Below, piece by piece: positions 1 to 12,218 of a stretch of 64,000 nt of DNA (the stretch's first letter is position 1; the number at the start of each line of letters is the position of its first letter). The DNA is from the human T2T-CHM13v2.0 reference genome, Homo sapiens: NCBI RefSeq assembly GCF_009914755.1, contig NC_060936.1; one strand, 5' to 3'. The notes below the pieces were generated by a model. It was given only the letters and a program-made list of their open reading frames with translations, searched no databases and was not told the origin of the DNA. The position numbers and the translations under genes are program-made.

Positions 1-89
1 TCACACTACGCAGTGAATTCCAGAAATTAGATTAATATGGAAGAACTCAGAAAGGGGAATTTCCTTTCGGAGGTAATTACAAGGCTCAC

Positions 90-406
90 CTATTAACAGT
101 GGAAAATCTGCGGCCACTAATTGCTCTCCTCAAGTCACATAGAAGACCTCAAATGAAATACAAGCCCAGAATGTGTTTTCAAAATGAGAGTTCTATTCCA
201 ATTATCAATGGGCATAACTATTAACATTATTTGGAAATATCAAAGTATAAGGAGATTTTTATTGTGAGAATTTAAAAATTGCTACAAAAGCATAGGTCAA
301 AATACTAATCTGCTCTTCCTCAAAACATTTTGAAGTTAGGGTTTTGCTTCAGTATTTTCACTTGCTCCAGCCAGCTTTCTTTATCCCCCAAATGGCTTCC
401 TCCGAA
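90..406 (-). pseudogene. Candidate decayed exon
   Basis: Acceptor ttaaattttacacag|T, donor AATAG|GTGAGC. Phase-2 entry reads SEEAIWGIKKAGWSK*KY*SKTLTSKCFEKSRLVF, then needs a frameshift. Confidence 0.45.
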
Positions 407-968
407 CTGTGTAAAATTTAAGTTCAGAAAATTTGGCTTTGGTTTAAGATTTGCACACTGTGGAGAACCAGCACTGCTCTCAGACTGAGAGGATTCCAAA
501 CAGCTTCTCTGGACAGCAGGTGCTGTGGCTGAATAGTGAGTCCCCTTTGTGGAGCTGGGACCAGTCACACACTAATGGCCCGGCTGACGGTCTTCAAGAC
601 CAGGCCACCCCCAGGATCTGCCTCTCCCCTCACTCCCACTGCCAGCTCCCTGAGATGAAGTATATTAGAACACCTACAGTAGTTTCAGAGACAGAGCTCC
701 CTCTTAAAATAAATAATGTGCACAGTCTTTGACAAGAAACAAAGAATGCAATTATTTCCTTAGAAAATGTAGAAGTAAACAATGTGATGTATGGGAGAAT
801 ATTTTCATTCCTTCTGAAACTTTGGAAATTATAGTCAAACAATTTAGAATGTATGTGTTAATAAAAGATCTTTTGTCTAATTTATGTACATCACTTTACC
901 ACAGATCTATGGAATTTAGGTTACATTTGTATAATTCCATAAGGGGTTTTTGATTGCTTAAGCGCCAC

Positions 969-1268
969 CTGTTCTTTATAAATGCTGTGACTGACATCAA
1001 GTTTTCCTCCATATGGTGATGACATTTTTGATTACTATTTGTCTTCTTACATTTTAATAGTGAATTGAGTTAAAATAATTTAAAGTCTGTTTCCCAATAG
1101 CTTCATATAACTGAACAGTACTGTTTATGAGTTTTATCTTTCTGTATTTTGAGTCGACATAATTTTTTAAAAGAGCTTAAACTAGCTACAGAATACAGCT
1201 TTATAGGCTTAAATGAGTAATTTTTCAGTTGTGAGCTAAAATCAAGAGTAGAATCAATACGGGCATTT
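969..1268 (-). pseudogene. Candidate decayed exon (300 nt, phase 2-2)
   Basis: Acceptor ggttttcaattacag|A, donor AACAG|GTGGCG. One frame with 2 stops in about 100 codons: NARIDSTLDFSSQLKNYSFKPIKLYSVASLSSFKKLCRLKIQKDKTHKQYCSVI*SYWETDFKLF*LNSLLKCKK...AFIKN. Includes most of ORF 1103..1312. Confidence 0.6.
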
Positions 1269-1726
1269 CTGTAATTGAAAACCAGTGGGTGATAATTCTG
1301 TACTGAAAACAAGATAATAAGAAGAAAGATGAGCTATTTGTGGGAAAAAGATAAGATTAAAGTTGTGATCACAATTAAATATCAACTATTATTAACATTG
1401 TAATAAAACTTCCACTTATAATTTATCCTTTATTTTCTTCTTTTGAGGTATAATTATGAAGATATGCAAAATAATTTAAGCAAATCATGGTAGAATCAAT
1501 TTAATTTATTATTTCTGCTAATTTAGTATTTACAGCACTGTTAATATGCAAATATTTTGGGGAGTAGAAATAGTTCAGTTTTTTTGGTATGTAAAGATTT
1601 ATTTCTCCATATTTCTGATATATTATTTTTCACTTGATATGCATGTGTTTTGGAGATAACAAAAGGGGACAAAGCAAAGCATGTGACATTGAGATGCACA
1701 ATGAAAGAAAAGTGAATTTCTCTCAC

Positions 1727-1767
1727 CTTCATGCCTTACAGTGACTTCTTTACAGTCAGTTAAAGGC
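1727..1767 (-). pseudogene. Possible 41-nt exon
   Basis: Acceptor acatgtag|G, good donor GAAG|GTGAGA. Frame is ambiguous. Confidence 0.3.
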
Positions 1768-2425
1768 CTACATGTTTTTGTATTTTAAAGTGAAAAAAAA
1801 ATAAGAAAATAAATGGTCACTTTCCTGTTTATGATGACTTTCTATATTTTTCTATTTATTTACATTATATAAGTTTCCCAATTAATTTCTAGCCATTTAT
1901 TTGATTCTGATATACTCTTTGAAGCTGTTTTCCATCTCCCTCTTATTTTGAGGGAACTCATTAACTTTTCCTGTTTCTTCTGTTTCCTATTTATTCTTCC
2001 AAACTTCAAATTTTTTTATTATTCAAGCCCATGAGCTTCTGATAAACTCATATTATCTGTAAGCAAATAGCCTACAAATATCTTAAGCTGGTATAACAAG
2101 GACAAAATGCCTTGCTTTATTCCACTATTAATAACTGAACAGAAAAATAAAAATTAGGAAACATAAATTCTGATTGAACCTTATATACATTAATTTAAAT
2201 ATAATGAAGAATAAGAAATTTGCCCTGCCTTAATATGAATAAACATTGATAATTTATGCAAATGAATATTTAAAATCAGCCAACCGTACAATATTTTTCA
2301 AAGTTATTTAGTAGTCCCTTAGAAAAGGGACTCTTGGTTATCTATAAAACATAAATGCATTAGATTATGTACAAATTCTAGTCTAGTTTTCAAAATTCTG
2401 ATCTTTCAGAACGGAAGAACTTTAC

Positions 2426-2548
2426 CTTCTTGCTATAGAATCTTTCAGAGTGGCCATCTGGCAAAAATTCTATTTCACAAATGTTGGTCAGGTAAGTTTG
2501 GCTTTGCCATATATAAAGTCTAGCTTGGGGTGGTCAAGAAGAAGACAG
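2426..2548 (-). pseudogene. Candidate decayed exon (123 nt)
   Basis: Acceptor ttgtttgcattcag|C, donor AGAAG|GTAAAG. Phase 2-2 reading CLLLDHPKLDFIYGKAKLT*PTFVK*NFCQMATLKDSIAR joins exon 969-1268 in frame. Confidence 0.55.
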
Positions 2549-2635
2549 CTGAATGCAAACAAATTGGCTACTTTGAAAACAACGATTACTACCACCAATT
2601 TAAGTTCTATCAGAGTCTTGGTTCTGGCCAGTATT

Positions 2636-4675
2636 TTATTTATTTATTTTGCCTTAAACATATATTTTTTAAATTATACTTTAGGTTCTGGGATACATGT
2701 GCAGAATGTGCAGGTTTGTTACATAGGTATCCATGTGCCATGGTGGTTTGCTGCACTCATCAACCCATCATCTACATTCGGTATTTCTCCTAAAGCTATC
2801 CCTCCCCTAGCCCGCCAGCCCTCAACAGGCCCTGGTGTGTGATGTTGCCCTCCCTGTGTCCATGTGTTCTCATTGTTCAACTCCCACTTGTAAGTGAGAA
2901 CATGCCATGTTTGGTTTTCTGTTCCTGTGTTAGTTTGCTGAGAATGATAGTTTCCAGCTTCATCCGTGTCCCTACAAAGGACATGAACTCATCCTTTTTT
3001 ATGGCTGCATAGTATCCCATGGTGTATATGTGCCACATTTTCTCTGTCCAGTCTATCATTGATGGGCATTTGGGTTAGTTCCAAGTCTTTGCTATTGTGT
3101 GTAGTGCTGCAATAAATGTATGTGTGCATGTGTCTTTATAGTAGAATGATTTATAATCCTTTGGGTATATACCCAGTAATGGGATTGATGGGTCAAATGG
3201 TATTTCTGGTTCTAGATTCTTGAGGAATTGCCACACTGTCTTCCACAATGGTTGAACTAATTTACACTCCCACCAACAGTGTAAAAGCATTCCTATTTCT
3301 CCACATCTTCTGCAGCATCTGTTGTTTCCTGACTTTTTAATGATCACCATTCTAACTGGCATGAGATAGTATCTCATTGTGGTTTTGATTTCCATTTCTC
3401 TAACGACCAGTGATGATGAGCTTTTTTTCATGTTTGTTGGCTGCATAAATGTCTTCTCTCGAGAAATGTCTGTTCATATCCTTTGCCCACTTTTTGATGG
3501 GGTTGTTTGCTTTTTTCTTGTAAATTTGTTTAAGTTCCATGTAGATTCTGGATATTAGCCCTTTGTCAGATGGATAGATTGCAAAATTTTTCTGCCATTC
3601 TGTAGGTTGCCTGTTCACTCTGATGATAGTTTCTTTTGCTGTGCAGAAGCTCTTTAGTTTAATTAGGTCCCATTTGTCAATTTTGGCTTCTGTTGCCATT
3701 GCTTTTGGTGTTTTAGTCATGAAGTCTTTGCCCATGCCTATGTCCTGAATGGTATTGTCTGGATTTTCTTCTAGGTTTTTTATGGTTTTAAGTCTTACGT
3801 TTAAGTCTTTAATCCATCTTGAGTTAATTTTTGTATAAGGTGTAAGGAAGGGGTCCACTTTCAGTTTTCTGCATATGGTTAGCCAGTTTTCCCAACACCA
3901 TTTATTAAATAGGGAATCCTTTCTCCATCGCTTGTTTTTGTCAGGTTGGTTAAAGATCAGGTGGTTGTAGATGTGTGGCGTTATTTCTGAGGCCTCTGTT
4001 CTGTTCCATTGGTCTCTATATCTGTTTTAGCACCAGTACCATGCTGTTTTGGTTCCCGTAGCCTTGTAGTATAGTTTGAAATCAGGTAGCATGATGCCTC
4101 CAGCTTTGTTCTTTTTGCTAAGGATTGTCTTGGCTATACGGGCTCTCTTTTGGTTCCATATGAAATTTAAATAATTTCTCTAATTCTGTGAAGAAAGTCA
4201 ATGGTAGCTTGATGGGGATAGCATTGAATCTATAAATTACCTTGGGCAGTATGGCCATTATCACAATATTGATTCTTCCTATCCATGAACATGGAATGTT
4301 TTTCCATTTGTTTGTGTCCTTTCTTATTTCCTTGAGCAGTGGTTTGCAGTTCTCCTTGAAGAGGTCCTTAACATCCCTTGTCAGTTGTATTCCTAGATAT
4401 TTTATTCTCTTTATAGCAATTGTGAATGGGAGTTCACTCATGATTTGGCTCTCTGTTTGTCTGTTATTGGTGTATAGGAATGCTTGTGATTTTTGCACAT
4501 TGATTTTGTATCCTGAGACTTTGCGGAAGTTGTTCATCAGCTTAAGAAGATTTTGTGCCAAGACGCTGGGGTTTTCTAAATATACAATCATGTCATCTGC
4601 AAATAGAGACAATTTGACTTCCTCTCTTCCTATTTGAATATGCTTTATTTCTTTCTCCTGCCTGAGTGCCCTGGA
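2636..4675 (-). mobile_element. 5'-truncated L1PA (L1PA7-like), end of ORF2 plus 3'UTR, with 15-bp TSD
   Basis: ORFs 4118..4696, 3400..3858 and 3075..3446 translate to L1 ORF2p fragments ([29 protein letters not shown]) split by frameshifts. TSD GTTCTGGCCAGTATT at 2621-2635 and 4676-4690. Confidence 0.97.
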
Positions 4676-4809
4676 GTTCTGGCCAGTATTCTGCACAAAT
4701 ACAACACTTCAAACATATAGTAAAGCCTAAAATTAAGTTGCGTATAAAAGGAGAAAGTTATGTTTCTATAAAGAAATGGAAAGACACGTCCCCAAGTGAC
4801 AAAAACAGT

Positions 4810-4915
4810 AACTCTTAAACCAATATCGAATATGGTACTTAGTAGTGAGAAAGAAGAGTTGCTCCCTTTAAAAATTTTAGAATGGCAGGAGAGTCATTCC
4901 TTATTATGGGATATT
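4810..4915 (+). mobile_element. Ancient L1 ORF2 fragment
   Basis: Translation KPISNMVLSSEKEELLPLKI resembles L1 ORF2 KPTANIILNGEKLEAFPLKS. Confidence 0.5.
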
Positions 4916-5215
4916 GCACATTTCAGTTGTTTGCATATTGTCCTCACAATTTTTACTCCATTCACATATTACCAACAAATTAATTACTTCAAATCTTTGT
5001 TTAAAACAGTTTCTATATATTACATAAATAACTTTACATAAGAAGAAGCAGCATAACTAGAAAACCAGCACTTTTTGTCTTTAATAGGATATAATTATAT
5101 AAATTAAAATAAAATTTTTATATTAAAAATTTTTAGAACCTTAATCATGTTAAAATTATATAAAAGTTATAAAATTTTTCAAATAAAACATTGTCATTAA
5201 ATTTTGTCTATCTAC

Positions 5216-5439
5216 GAGCCTATCAAAATTTCTAAACCAAAGTCTCGTTCTTTTTCGTTAAAAGGATATTAGAGACAAGCAGGAACCAGACAGACTTTTT
5301 GCTGACATAATTAGAAATATGAAAGAGAACTGAAAGGGATATAACATTCACACTGCTTGATTCCACATCTTTTATTTCTGGGTCTAAAATAGCCTCAGTA
5401 TCTTCAGAACTATGTAGTCCACATTTTTTAAAACATTGA
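5216..5439 (-). pseudogene. Candidate decayed exon (224 nt, one frameshift)
   Basis: Weak acceptor ttgtctgttgag, weak donor CTC|GTAGAT. Reads QCFKKCGLHSSEDTEAILDPEIKDVESSSVNVISLSVLFHISNYVSKK (ORF 5232..5459), frameshift, then ...ERDFGLEILIG. Confidence 0.45.
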
Positions 5440-6019
5440 CTCAACAGACAATAAAACAAATTGCAAAGATTTTAAAAATAAAAATATGTCAAAGATATAT
5501 ACACGGATCACTGAAACAGTACCTGACATATAGTAAGCATCCAATAGACGTTTACTGAATGAATTAACTCACGATTTAACTAAATATATAGTGAAGAATA
5601 CTGGCTGTCCCAGTTTTTTTGTATACATAAAATAACTCTGATTAGTCAATAAATGGTTCTGGGAAGTTGGTGAACAATTCAGGAAGAACAATCCAGTTTT
5701 TCCTTTGGAAAAAAATCCTTCCTTATACAAATCAAAATTTCTGCTGGGTTTGCTAGACTTATATGGTGTAGCTCTAAGGATGGAGCCAATACTAAGGAAA
5801 GCAAATTCTAGAGACAGAGAAAGATTCTTCTGAACACTTAAATTCAGCTCTGCCTATAATAATTTCCTGGGCTTTACAATTATTTATGTCAACAATATTC
5901 CCCCTAAACTTGTACGAAATGCTTTGTAGATCAGGCTGAAGAAATAAGATTTAATAGAATGGTAAATAGGGAAGCACTGAATATACTGCAGACAAACATC
6001 CTGTGATCTAGAACTATGT

Positions 6020-6400
6020 ACCTGCAGGTACCAAAGCCCCTTGCTTTGATGTCTGCAGCTTCTAAAGTCCCTTCCAGACTTCTCTACCTAATTTTCTCCT
6101 TTCTTCATCCTCCATCAAACACCTGATTACCCTTCAACACTTACTTCAAATGTTACCTGTTGTCATGAAATCTTTTCTGACAGGAAATTAAGTCATTTTG
6201 TTCTTTCTGCCTCCATTGCACTTTGTATAGAACTCATTAATAAGTTTCCCCTATTTTACCAAAATTACTTGTATGTTTACATGTATGTTTCATCTCTTTG
6301 AGTTGAATTCATATTTGAATTGCCAGCTTCTAGTATACTGTCTAACACAAAGCAAGAGACTATTAAATGTTTGATAAATGAATGAGTGAATTAACGAATA
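6020..6400 (+). mobile_element. L2 3' fragment
   Basis: Ends in the typical L2 tail ...taaatgtttgataaatgaatgagtgaat. Confidence 0.6.
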
Positions 6401-6504
6401 AAGATAACACTAATAATGGTTTGAAAAAATCAGCTGATCTGCTAGAAATTTACTGCTCAAGTGTTACCCATTTCTTGCACTCTAAATGACATGGCATGTT
6501 TTAC

Positions 6505-6687
6505 ATATCTGAGAAAACTGCATGGCCTTTTTATTTCTTGCTTTTGCATGAATTTCATGGTCTGTTCTCAGGTAAATTCTTGAGAAGGTGAATTTTGTTT
6601 CAATAACTCTGAAAGCAAAGCCCAATGCATTTGCCTCTGAATGTTGATGGCAGATCCCATTGTCTCTTTTGCTCTTTCCAACAAAAT
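6505..6687 (-). pseudogene. Candidate decayed exon (183 nt, phase 2-2)
   Basis: Acceptor cattttctcctag|A, donor GATAT|GTAAAA. Reads FCWKEQKRQWDLPSTFRGKCIGLCFQSY*NKIHLLKNLPENRP*... Confidence 0.5.
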
Positions 6688-6882
6688 CTAGGAGAAAATG
6701 AGCTTGGAGTTCTGTTCACGCCTCAATCTTCCTAATAGTAACAAGTCTTTCCGCCAACACAAGTGTTCCTTTTCTTTTTAACAATGGCATATGGTTCATA
6801 TGTTTACAGCAAATTTCCACAAAATACTTTTTCTTTTTAGAGAAAGAGAGGTTGGGTTACGAACTCTTAATCTACACCTCAC

Positions 6883-6984
6883 TTCCTACACACAAAAACA
6901 GAGTCCTTGGGTCTGTACAAGCTGTGGACATATTTGCAATGAAAGCACAGCAAAGGCGAATGGAAATTTATTTCAATGAGTTTA
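6883..6984 (-). pseudogene. Candidate exon (102 nt, phase 2-2, no stop)
   Basis: Acceptor gtgtgcttacag|T, donor GGAA|GTGAGG. Reads KLIEINFHSPLLCFHCKYVHSLYRPKDSVFVCR and joins exon 6505-6687 in phase. Confidence 0.55.
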
Positions 6985-7069
6985 CTGTAAGCACACTGTT
7001 TTTTTTTTAATTGGTAGGTTTTTAAATTGGTATTGGTAGGTTTTAAATGCCTAATTATCTTCATATAAA

Positions 7070-8957
7070 TGGCACCCTATCATCCTAAAAGTGTTGTACT
7101 CGGTGCCCTGTGCTGTTTATTATTTTGCATTACAATTATCATGCAAAGCAGAGAAGGTGACTTTAAGCAGCTCATTTAAAGTGCTTTTTTTTCTTAAGTG
7201 TAAAATCTTTGGGAGGCTATTTACATAGATGTTTATCATTGGGTGTTAAAAATCAGTCCAATTATAAGTACACAAAAGTTTTTATTATGGGTTTAATTTT
7301 GAAATGTAAATGACCATTGTAAAGTGCCTGTTGAAATTTTAATTTGTGCTTGTATTTTTGTCTATGGATTAACAAGCCATCCTGTATTGAAATTAATTAT
7401 AGAGATACACAGAATGTTCAAAGATAACAGAACCTGTGTGGCAAAATTGCCTAAAGGTATGCAATGCAATCCCCTCTGTGGAATTGGACATTAGCGATGT
7501 TGTATAGCGATGTTGTAAGAAAGTGCTCGTCTGCCACCCAAACCACTAACAACACTGTGCAGATGATAGGATTCCACTTCATGTTGCATTCTGTTGCCAT
7601 GGCTATGATGGCCTTAATATTGTATGCTCACAGCAAGGTTGCAATTAGTATTTGGATTTAGAAGAGAAACATAATGATCTCATATTGAAGAAACACTTGT
7701 TTAATACTATTTTGGATCTAGGCATCCTTTCAAGTTGCTAACGAGCGGCTCCGTTGGTCAGAAAAAAAAATCACTCAGCCATTTTGTACCTGCATCCTCA
7801 GTTTCTTTCAAACAAACTTCAATGGGATAGAGAGCTGATGATGTTTCCGGTATGTCTACATGCCCCCTCTACCAGGCATCAAAAGCCACATTTCCTGTGT
7901 ACTTTTAAAGTTATAATAGACTTTCATATGATTTCTTATGTAGTGAGCACTGATGAAGCTCCACTGCCTTAATAATAAGATTGAAATATATAGTAGATAC
8001 CCCTGAAAATGCAGTCAGGGTATGAGTTGTAAGAGTTTTATGATTTGATATATGCATGGTCAGCCTCATGAAATACAGTTTTGGATCACCAGACATGAGA
8101 AGGGCTTATCATTTATTAAAAAGGAGGCTTAATTTCTCCATAGTGTTCAGTAATCATCTATTGTGAGCCTTTAACTCTTTCATCCACTTATAAAGCATTC
8201 AGTTTGGTATTATCCACCTGGAAGTGGCAATGGGTGAGAGGAGCAGGACATGGCTGGGTCCAGGGAGTGGGAGGTGGGAAAAGCCTGCCTAGGATAATAA
8301 ATGAGGACAAGGAGTTGGGAAAAGGCAGGATGGCTGTCCTATGTTCTCCGACTCTGAAATGTAGACAGATCGTCAGAGCCAAGATCCCTGCAAGACTCCA
8401 GTCATGCAGTGTGGAGAGAAGGTCCTAAGCTGAAGCTGAAGCTGAGAGCTCCAGGAGGGGAGAAAGCACTGGATAAACGGGCCAAAGTGTCTTTGACAGC
8501 AGCTCAAACAGTGGAAGAAGCAACATTGTGGATATCAGTTTTGTTTTATTATAAAAGTGAGGGTTTTTTTTTTTAAGATACATTAACCTATGGTATGTGG
8601 GTTGGCAATTGCAAATATAAAAGACACAATAGCTGCCTCCTTTTGCATGCAAGAACCTCAAGTCATACTTTCAGCTTTATCATATTATAAACAATGAAAT
8701 ATGATCCTCTAACCTATTTATTTTCATGGAATCGTGTTATTGGAAACTGGGACCATTATTATATTAAACTTGCAAATAAGCTCTGGGGAGCTACAGAAAG
8801 CTCACAGAGTCTCCTGAACTCAATATTTTTTGGGGTCTGAAGATGAGCTCTAGAGAGAGATGAGAAACTGTCCTTCTGGGAGAATCAGGAGATACCCTGG
8901 GATCCAGGCCATATTAGTTTGGACAGTATCAAGAAGGTGTTATGTAAAACCACCAAA
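7070..8957 (-). pseudogene. Candidate very large decayed exon (about 1.9 kb; 3' boundary uncertain)
   Basis: Strong acceptor tttctttccagcctccctctgcag|T, and about 1.9 kb with no repeat I can recognise. Three minus-strand ORFs tile it (8425..8661, 8188..8382, 7911..8096). Confidence 0.45.
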
Positions 8958-9817
8958 CTGCAGAGGGAGGCTGGAAAGAAACTAAAAGACACCAAACAGA
9001 TCAAACTGAAGGAAAGAGGTGGAGCTATAGATAAAAGCTAGAATTAGTGTTGTGGTACAAAATAGGAGAAGGAAAAGAAAAGGATGTTGATAATAATAAT
9101 AACTACTATTTACTGAGTTATTTTGTACCAACCATGTATGACTTACCATATGTCATCTCATTTAACATCTCATTTGTGAGCAAGATATAATCTTCCCCAG
9201 ATTGGAAGGAAGACTTTCGTGTTTCCATCTTCAGCTCTGTCTCCAATTCGTTATAGCAGTCCTTTCAAAGAATCTCCACTCTCCTCAAACTTCCAACCTC
9301 AACCTCAATCTCAACAGATGCTCTCACCTCCTACTCCAAAAGGAAAATAGCCAGGAGATAAGAACTCCCTTAACTGACTGTGACCAAACTTGGAAATGTA
9401 ATTGTAGCCACAGCCATCCTCTCTGCTTCCCTCCAGGTGCAATGGGAGAGGTATTGTCCTTAAAGTGTAAAGTTAATCTCCCCACCTATACATTGAATTC
9501 CATTCTGGCTTGTTCCTTGGAGCAAGTCCTTCTTTCCATTTCTCCAGGTCTTCTCCCTTTCTCCTTAAAACTATCAGTAAAACCAAAGAAACTTTCCTTG
9601 AGCCCTGTGTCTCTTTGCAGCTTTTCTCCTTTCTCTCCTTCCTTTCAAAGCCTAGTTTCTTGAAAGAGCTACTTATATTTGTTCTCTTCACTTCTTCACT
9701 TTTCTTCTACTCATCAACTTACCACAGTATAATTTTTCCTGCTGTGGTCCATTGACACCACTTGCTCCAACGGGAATCTCTTGGTTATTAAATTCAATAG
9801 AAAGGTTTTGGTTACTA

Positions 9818-10040
9818 AATACTGCTTGTTCTCACTTGTAAGCAGAAGCTAAGCACTGGGTACACGTGGACATAAGGATAGAAACAATAGACCCTGGGAA
9901 CTACTTGGGGGGAGAAAGGGGAGGGCAGAAAAACTACCTATTGGGTACAATGCTTACTACCTAGGTGACAGGATCATTTGTGCCCCAAACCTCAGCATCA
10001 TGCAATACACCCGTGTAACAAACCGGCATGTGTACCTCTT
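9818..10040 (+). mobile_element. L1P 3'UTR fragment (L1PB/old L1PA-like), abutted or interrupted by an MST LTR
   Basis: gttctcacttgtaag...ctacctattgggtac...aacaaaccggcatgtgtacc matches the L1 3'UTR. Confidence 0.8.
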
Positions 10041-10445
10041 TGTATCAGTCCATTTTGTATTGCTGTCAGGGAATACCCGAGGCTAGGTAATTTACGACAA
10101 GAGGTTTATTTGGCTTATGGTCCTATGGGCTGTACAGGAAGCATGATATTGGCATCTGCTTCTGGTGAGGGCTTCAGGAAGCTTACAATCACGGTCGAAA
10201 GTGAAGGGGGTGCCAGCATATCACATGGCAAAAGAGAGAGCAAGGAAGAGGGGGAAGTGCCACACACTTTTAAACAACCAGATCTCACATGAGCTCATTA
10301 CCATTCATTACTGTGGGGAGGGCACAAAGCCATTCATAAGGGATCTGCTGCCATGGCCCCATACCTCTCACCAGGCCCTACCTTGAACATTGGAGATTAC
10401 ATCTCAACATGACATATGGAGGAGACAAAACATTCAAACCATATC
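10041..10445 (-). mobile_element. MSTB-like MaLR solo LTR
   Basis: tgtatcagtccattttgtattgctg ... cattcaaaccatatc is the reverse complement of an MST LTR. Confidence 0.85.
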
Positions 10446-10610
10446 TATAATAAAAATTGACATTATAAAAAATAAAATAAAATTCAGTTAAAGATTACTA
10501 AAGAAAATTATGTGTAAGGAAAAAATTAAATTAAATTAAAAATTTAAAAAATTTTGAATGAAAACAAAAAGGTTTCGGTTCCTAATGTATGTAACTCTTA
10601 ACAATACTAC

Positions 10611-10923
10611 TTTTTTTTTTACACTGCTTTTTTTTTTTTTAATTGAGATAGAGTTTCACTCTGTTGCCCATGCTGGAGTACAGTGGCACAATCTTGGCTC
10701 ACTGCAACCTCCGCCTCCTGGGTTCAAGCGATTCTCCTGCCTCAGCCTCCTGAGTAGCTGGGACTACTGGGGCCTGCCACCACACCCAGCTAATTTTTTA
10801 TATTTTTAGTAGAGACGGGGTTTCATCGTGTTAGCCAGGATGGTCTTGATCTCCTGACCTTGTGATCCACCTGCCTCGGCCTCTGAAGTGCTGGGATTAC
10901 TGGCGTGAGCCACCGCACCCAGA
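10611..10923 (-). mobile_element. Alu (AluSc-like)
   Basis: Full dimer, antisense. Approximate TSD aacaa(t/c)acta. Confidence 0.95.
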
Positions 10924-11489
10924 CAACAACACTATTAAAAATAATGTCGCCTCTAGGCTTTGTGAGACTACTCTTTCCTGGTATACCTATTTCCTGATAC
11001 TCCTCAGTTTCCTTCAGCAACTCTTTTTTCGGGCAGGCTTCTGAAGACTGATGCTCCTCTTGGGTCTATCCTTGAGCCTGTTCTCTCCATACATTCCCTG
11101 TGCTCTCTCAATTCCTCAGGTCGCTGTGAAACACTCACTTCTATGTTGACTCCCAAGTTTGTGACTGCATACTAAATCTCCCACCCGATCAGGTCAAAGC
11201 CTCCACTCTCTCACCTGAATGTCTGAAGCAACTTCCTTACTTCTGTCTTTACTCCAAGTCTTGACCCCAACATCTTGCACTAAAAGCGGAGTGATCATGT
11301 AAAATGCAAATCTTACCATGTTACCTAGATCTTTTAATGACTTTCCATTGTCCTAATGATAAAGCCAAACTTTCTAATATGTCTTAAAAATCCTTCGTGG
11401 TCATGTCCCCATAAAACTTTCTGGCCTTATTTCTTCCCTCTTTCCCTCTTTTGTGCAATATGGTAGCTTAATCGCTTATATTAAGCACT

Positions 11490-12218
11490 TATTAATTTCT
11501 TTTCTGGTGCTTCCAGAGAAAAAATTTCTCCAATGTACTCATTAATGTTTCATGAGGTCTAAATGTTGCTAAAAGACAAAGTATCTCACTTCCATATTCC
11601 TGCTTTAGAGCTTTAGATGTGAGCTGGGATGTCTTTTTGTGTCTTGGGGGTAATTTTTCCAAGCACCTAATCCAGACTGAACATATGGGATGGGTGGTTT
11701 ATGAAGTAGATTTTCTGGTTGAGATCGGGCCTCTTTCTTTGAGTTCAGGTCCTGCCATGAGAAAATGTTGGGATATAAACTCCAGTCCCCTGGAAGAATA
11801 TCTCAGAAAGATTTGGACAGTGAGCTCGGGGATGAGAAAGAACCTGTAGGACATTGGGCCCGTGTTTCACTTTGGGGCAGAGCAGAGATATTATTAGATT
11901 GCATGGTAATAAACGCAAGAAGACAATTTCCTTTTTCCATTAGCTCAACTAGACCTAAACTTGCAGCCAGAGTGACACTTACATGCAGTTGTCTAAAAGA
12001 TATATTCTTTTAAAGACTGTCACATTGCCTCCAGTGGGCTCAGCTGGGTCTTGTGACTGACCGAGAGTAAAAAAGGCAATATCATTTCTAAAGGATTGCT
12101 GCTGAGGCTTTGCTGAGAATCATGACCAGGAAACGGGGCATCAAGGAACCACTGTTAACAGTAACCACTGCCCTCTGCACCTGCCTCAAGCTGCCTCCAG
12201 GAACCACTGCTGGGCAAC
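11490..12218 (-). pseudogene. Candidate decayed exon (about 0.7 kb)
   Basis: Acceptor ggatctctattag|G. After frameshifts, about 135 codons with only 2 stops: FRQLHVSVTLAASLGLVELMEKGNCLLAFITMQSNNISALPQSETRAQCPTG...KPPIPYVQSGLGAWKNY. Donor uncertain. Confidence 0.5.

Noticed and set aside
440-650. GC-richer patch with a possible minus-strand acceptor (cttcatctcag)
   Set aside because: No convincing donor or open frame; could be an old repeat.
2877-4696. Long minus-strand ORFs with a reverse-transcriptase motif
   Set aside because: Frameshifted fragments of a 5'-truncated L1 ORF2, not a host gene or an active element.
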